From Sminthopsis crassicaudata (Eukaryota), in contig NC_133617.1 in the NCBI RefSeq assembly GCF_048593235.1, forward strand, positions 478,372,958 to 478,436,957: a stretch of DNA of 64,000 nucleotides. Direction: 5' to 3'. The translations under genes and the position numbers were made by a program. Shown here piece after piece: positions 63,575-64,000 of the stretch; positions within the stretch are counted from its first letter, which is position 1; the number at the start of each line of letters is the position of its first letter. The notes beneath the pieces were generated by a model, which saw only the letters and a program-made list of their open reading frames with translations, searched no databases and had not been told where the DNA came from.

Positions 63575-64000
63575 CTCGATCCTCCGAGGTGTCAATTTCA
63601 ATTTCCATAGCTTCATTATTATGCACATCAAATGGCTGTAATTGGCTGCTGTGGAAATTTATTCTCCCCCCCCCCAAAAAAAAAAAAAAGGGAAAGGGGA
63701 AAAAAAAAAAAAAGATGTGAGATGGTTGGCGTAATGAGATTTTGGAAGCTGCAGGGCCACCCCTGAGGTTGGCCGGGGAAAAAACGAGAGATTGGCACGC
63801 GAACAGAAGCCCATCCTGTCTGGTTAACAAAATGCCATTTGAAAACAAGTCTGTTGGGGTGTTGATGTCATGTTACAATGGCAAACACATGGCTCAGGTT
63901 CCAGGAAAAGCAGCTTCCCACTCCTCCTGCCATTATTGATGTTATTAGTGATTCTAATAATGGCGAGTGTACCCCGGCTGAGGAGAATATTCCACCATCT
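62410..64000. promoter_or_regulatory. CpG island with enhancer-like blocks (gap 62981-63162)
   Basis: High CpG density; TGACA/TGTCA at 63323, 63342, 63590 and 63866; TCACATGTGA palindrome 63335-63344; several TAAT/ATTA motifs. Confidence 0.65.
62981..63162. other. Assembly gap (182 N)
   Basis: Run of n inside a CpG island. Confidence 0.99.

Noticed and set aside
1-64000. Conserved miRNAs, CRISPR array, prokaryotic-type systems, host gene name
   Set aside because: No mature miRNA I know was seen; repeats lack repeat-spacer structure; DNA is eukaryotic non-coding; no sequence identifies the gene.

Overview
Non-coding vertebrate genomic DNA, most likely marsupial and possibly dasyurid (inferred from the repeat types: CORE-SINEs, some with RTE/BovB-like tails, and marsupial-type L1 3' ends). 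I find no credible host protein-coding exon, tRNA, rRNA, CRISPR array or recognisable miRNA. Apart from L1 ORF remnants, the listed ORFs look like chance, microsatellite or N-gap products. An AT-rich background of SINE, LINE and MITE remnants surrounds three CpG-rich islands (~6.6-7.9, ~23.4-24.5, ~62.4-64 kb). Several repeat-free blocks are dense in TALE (MEIS/PBX-HOX), bHLH and FOX motifs, which suggests the regulatory landscape of a developmental gene I cannot name. About 14 of 15 L1 fragments lie on the minus strand, hinting that the window is inside a long plus-strand transcription unit. The strongest sequence-level oddities are a perfect 215-bp inverted repeat whose junctions fit a replication template switch (45867-46423) and a ~200-bp local duplication in which one copy kept 11 CpGs and the other lost all of them (61720-62774). 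Also notable are a MIR-core tandem array, a minisatellite with dimeric higher-order structure and further local doublets. Everything was read by eye; repeat boundaries are approximate, and conservation, expression and family names are untested. I do not see a new protein-level system.
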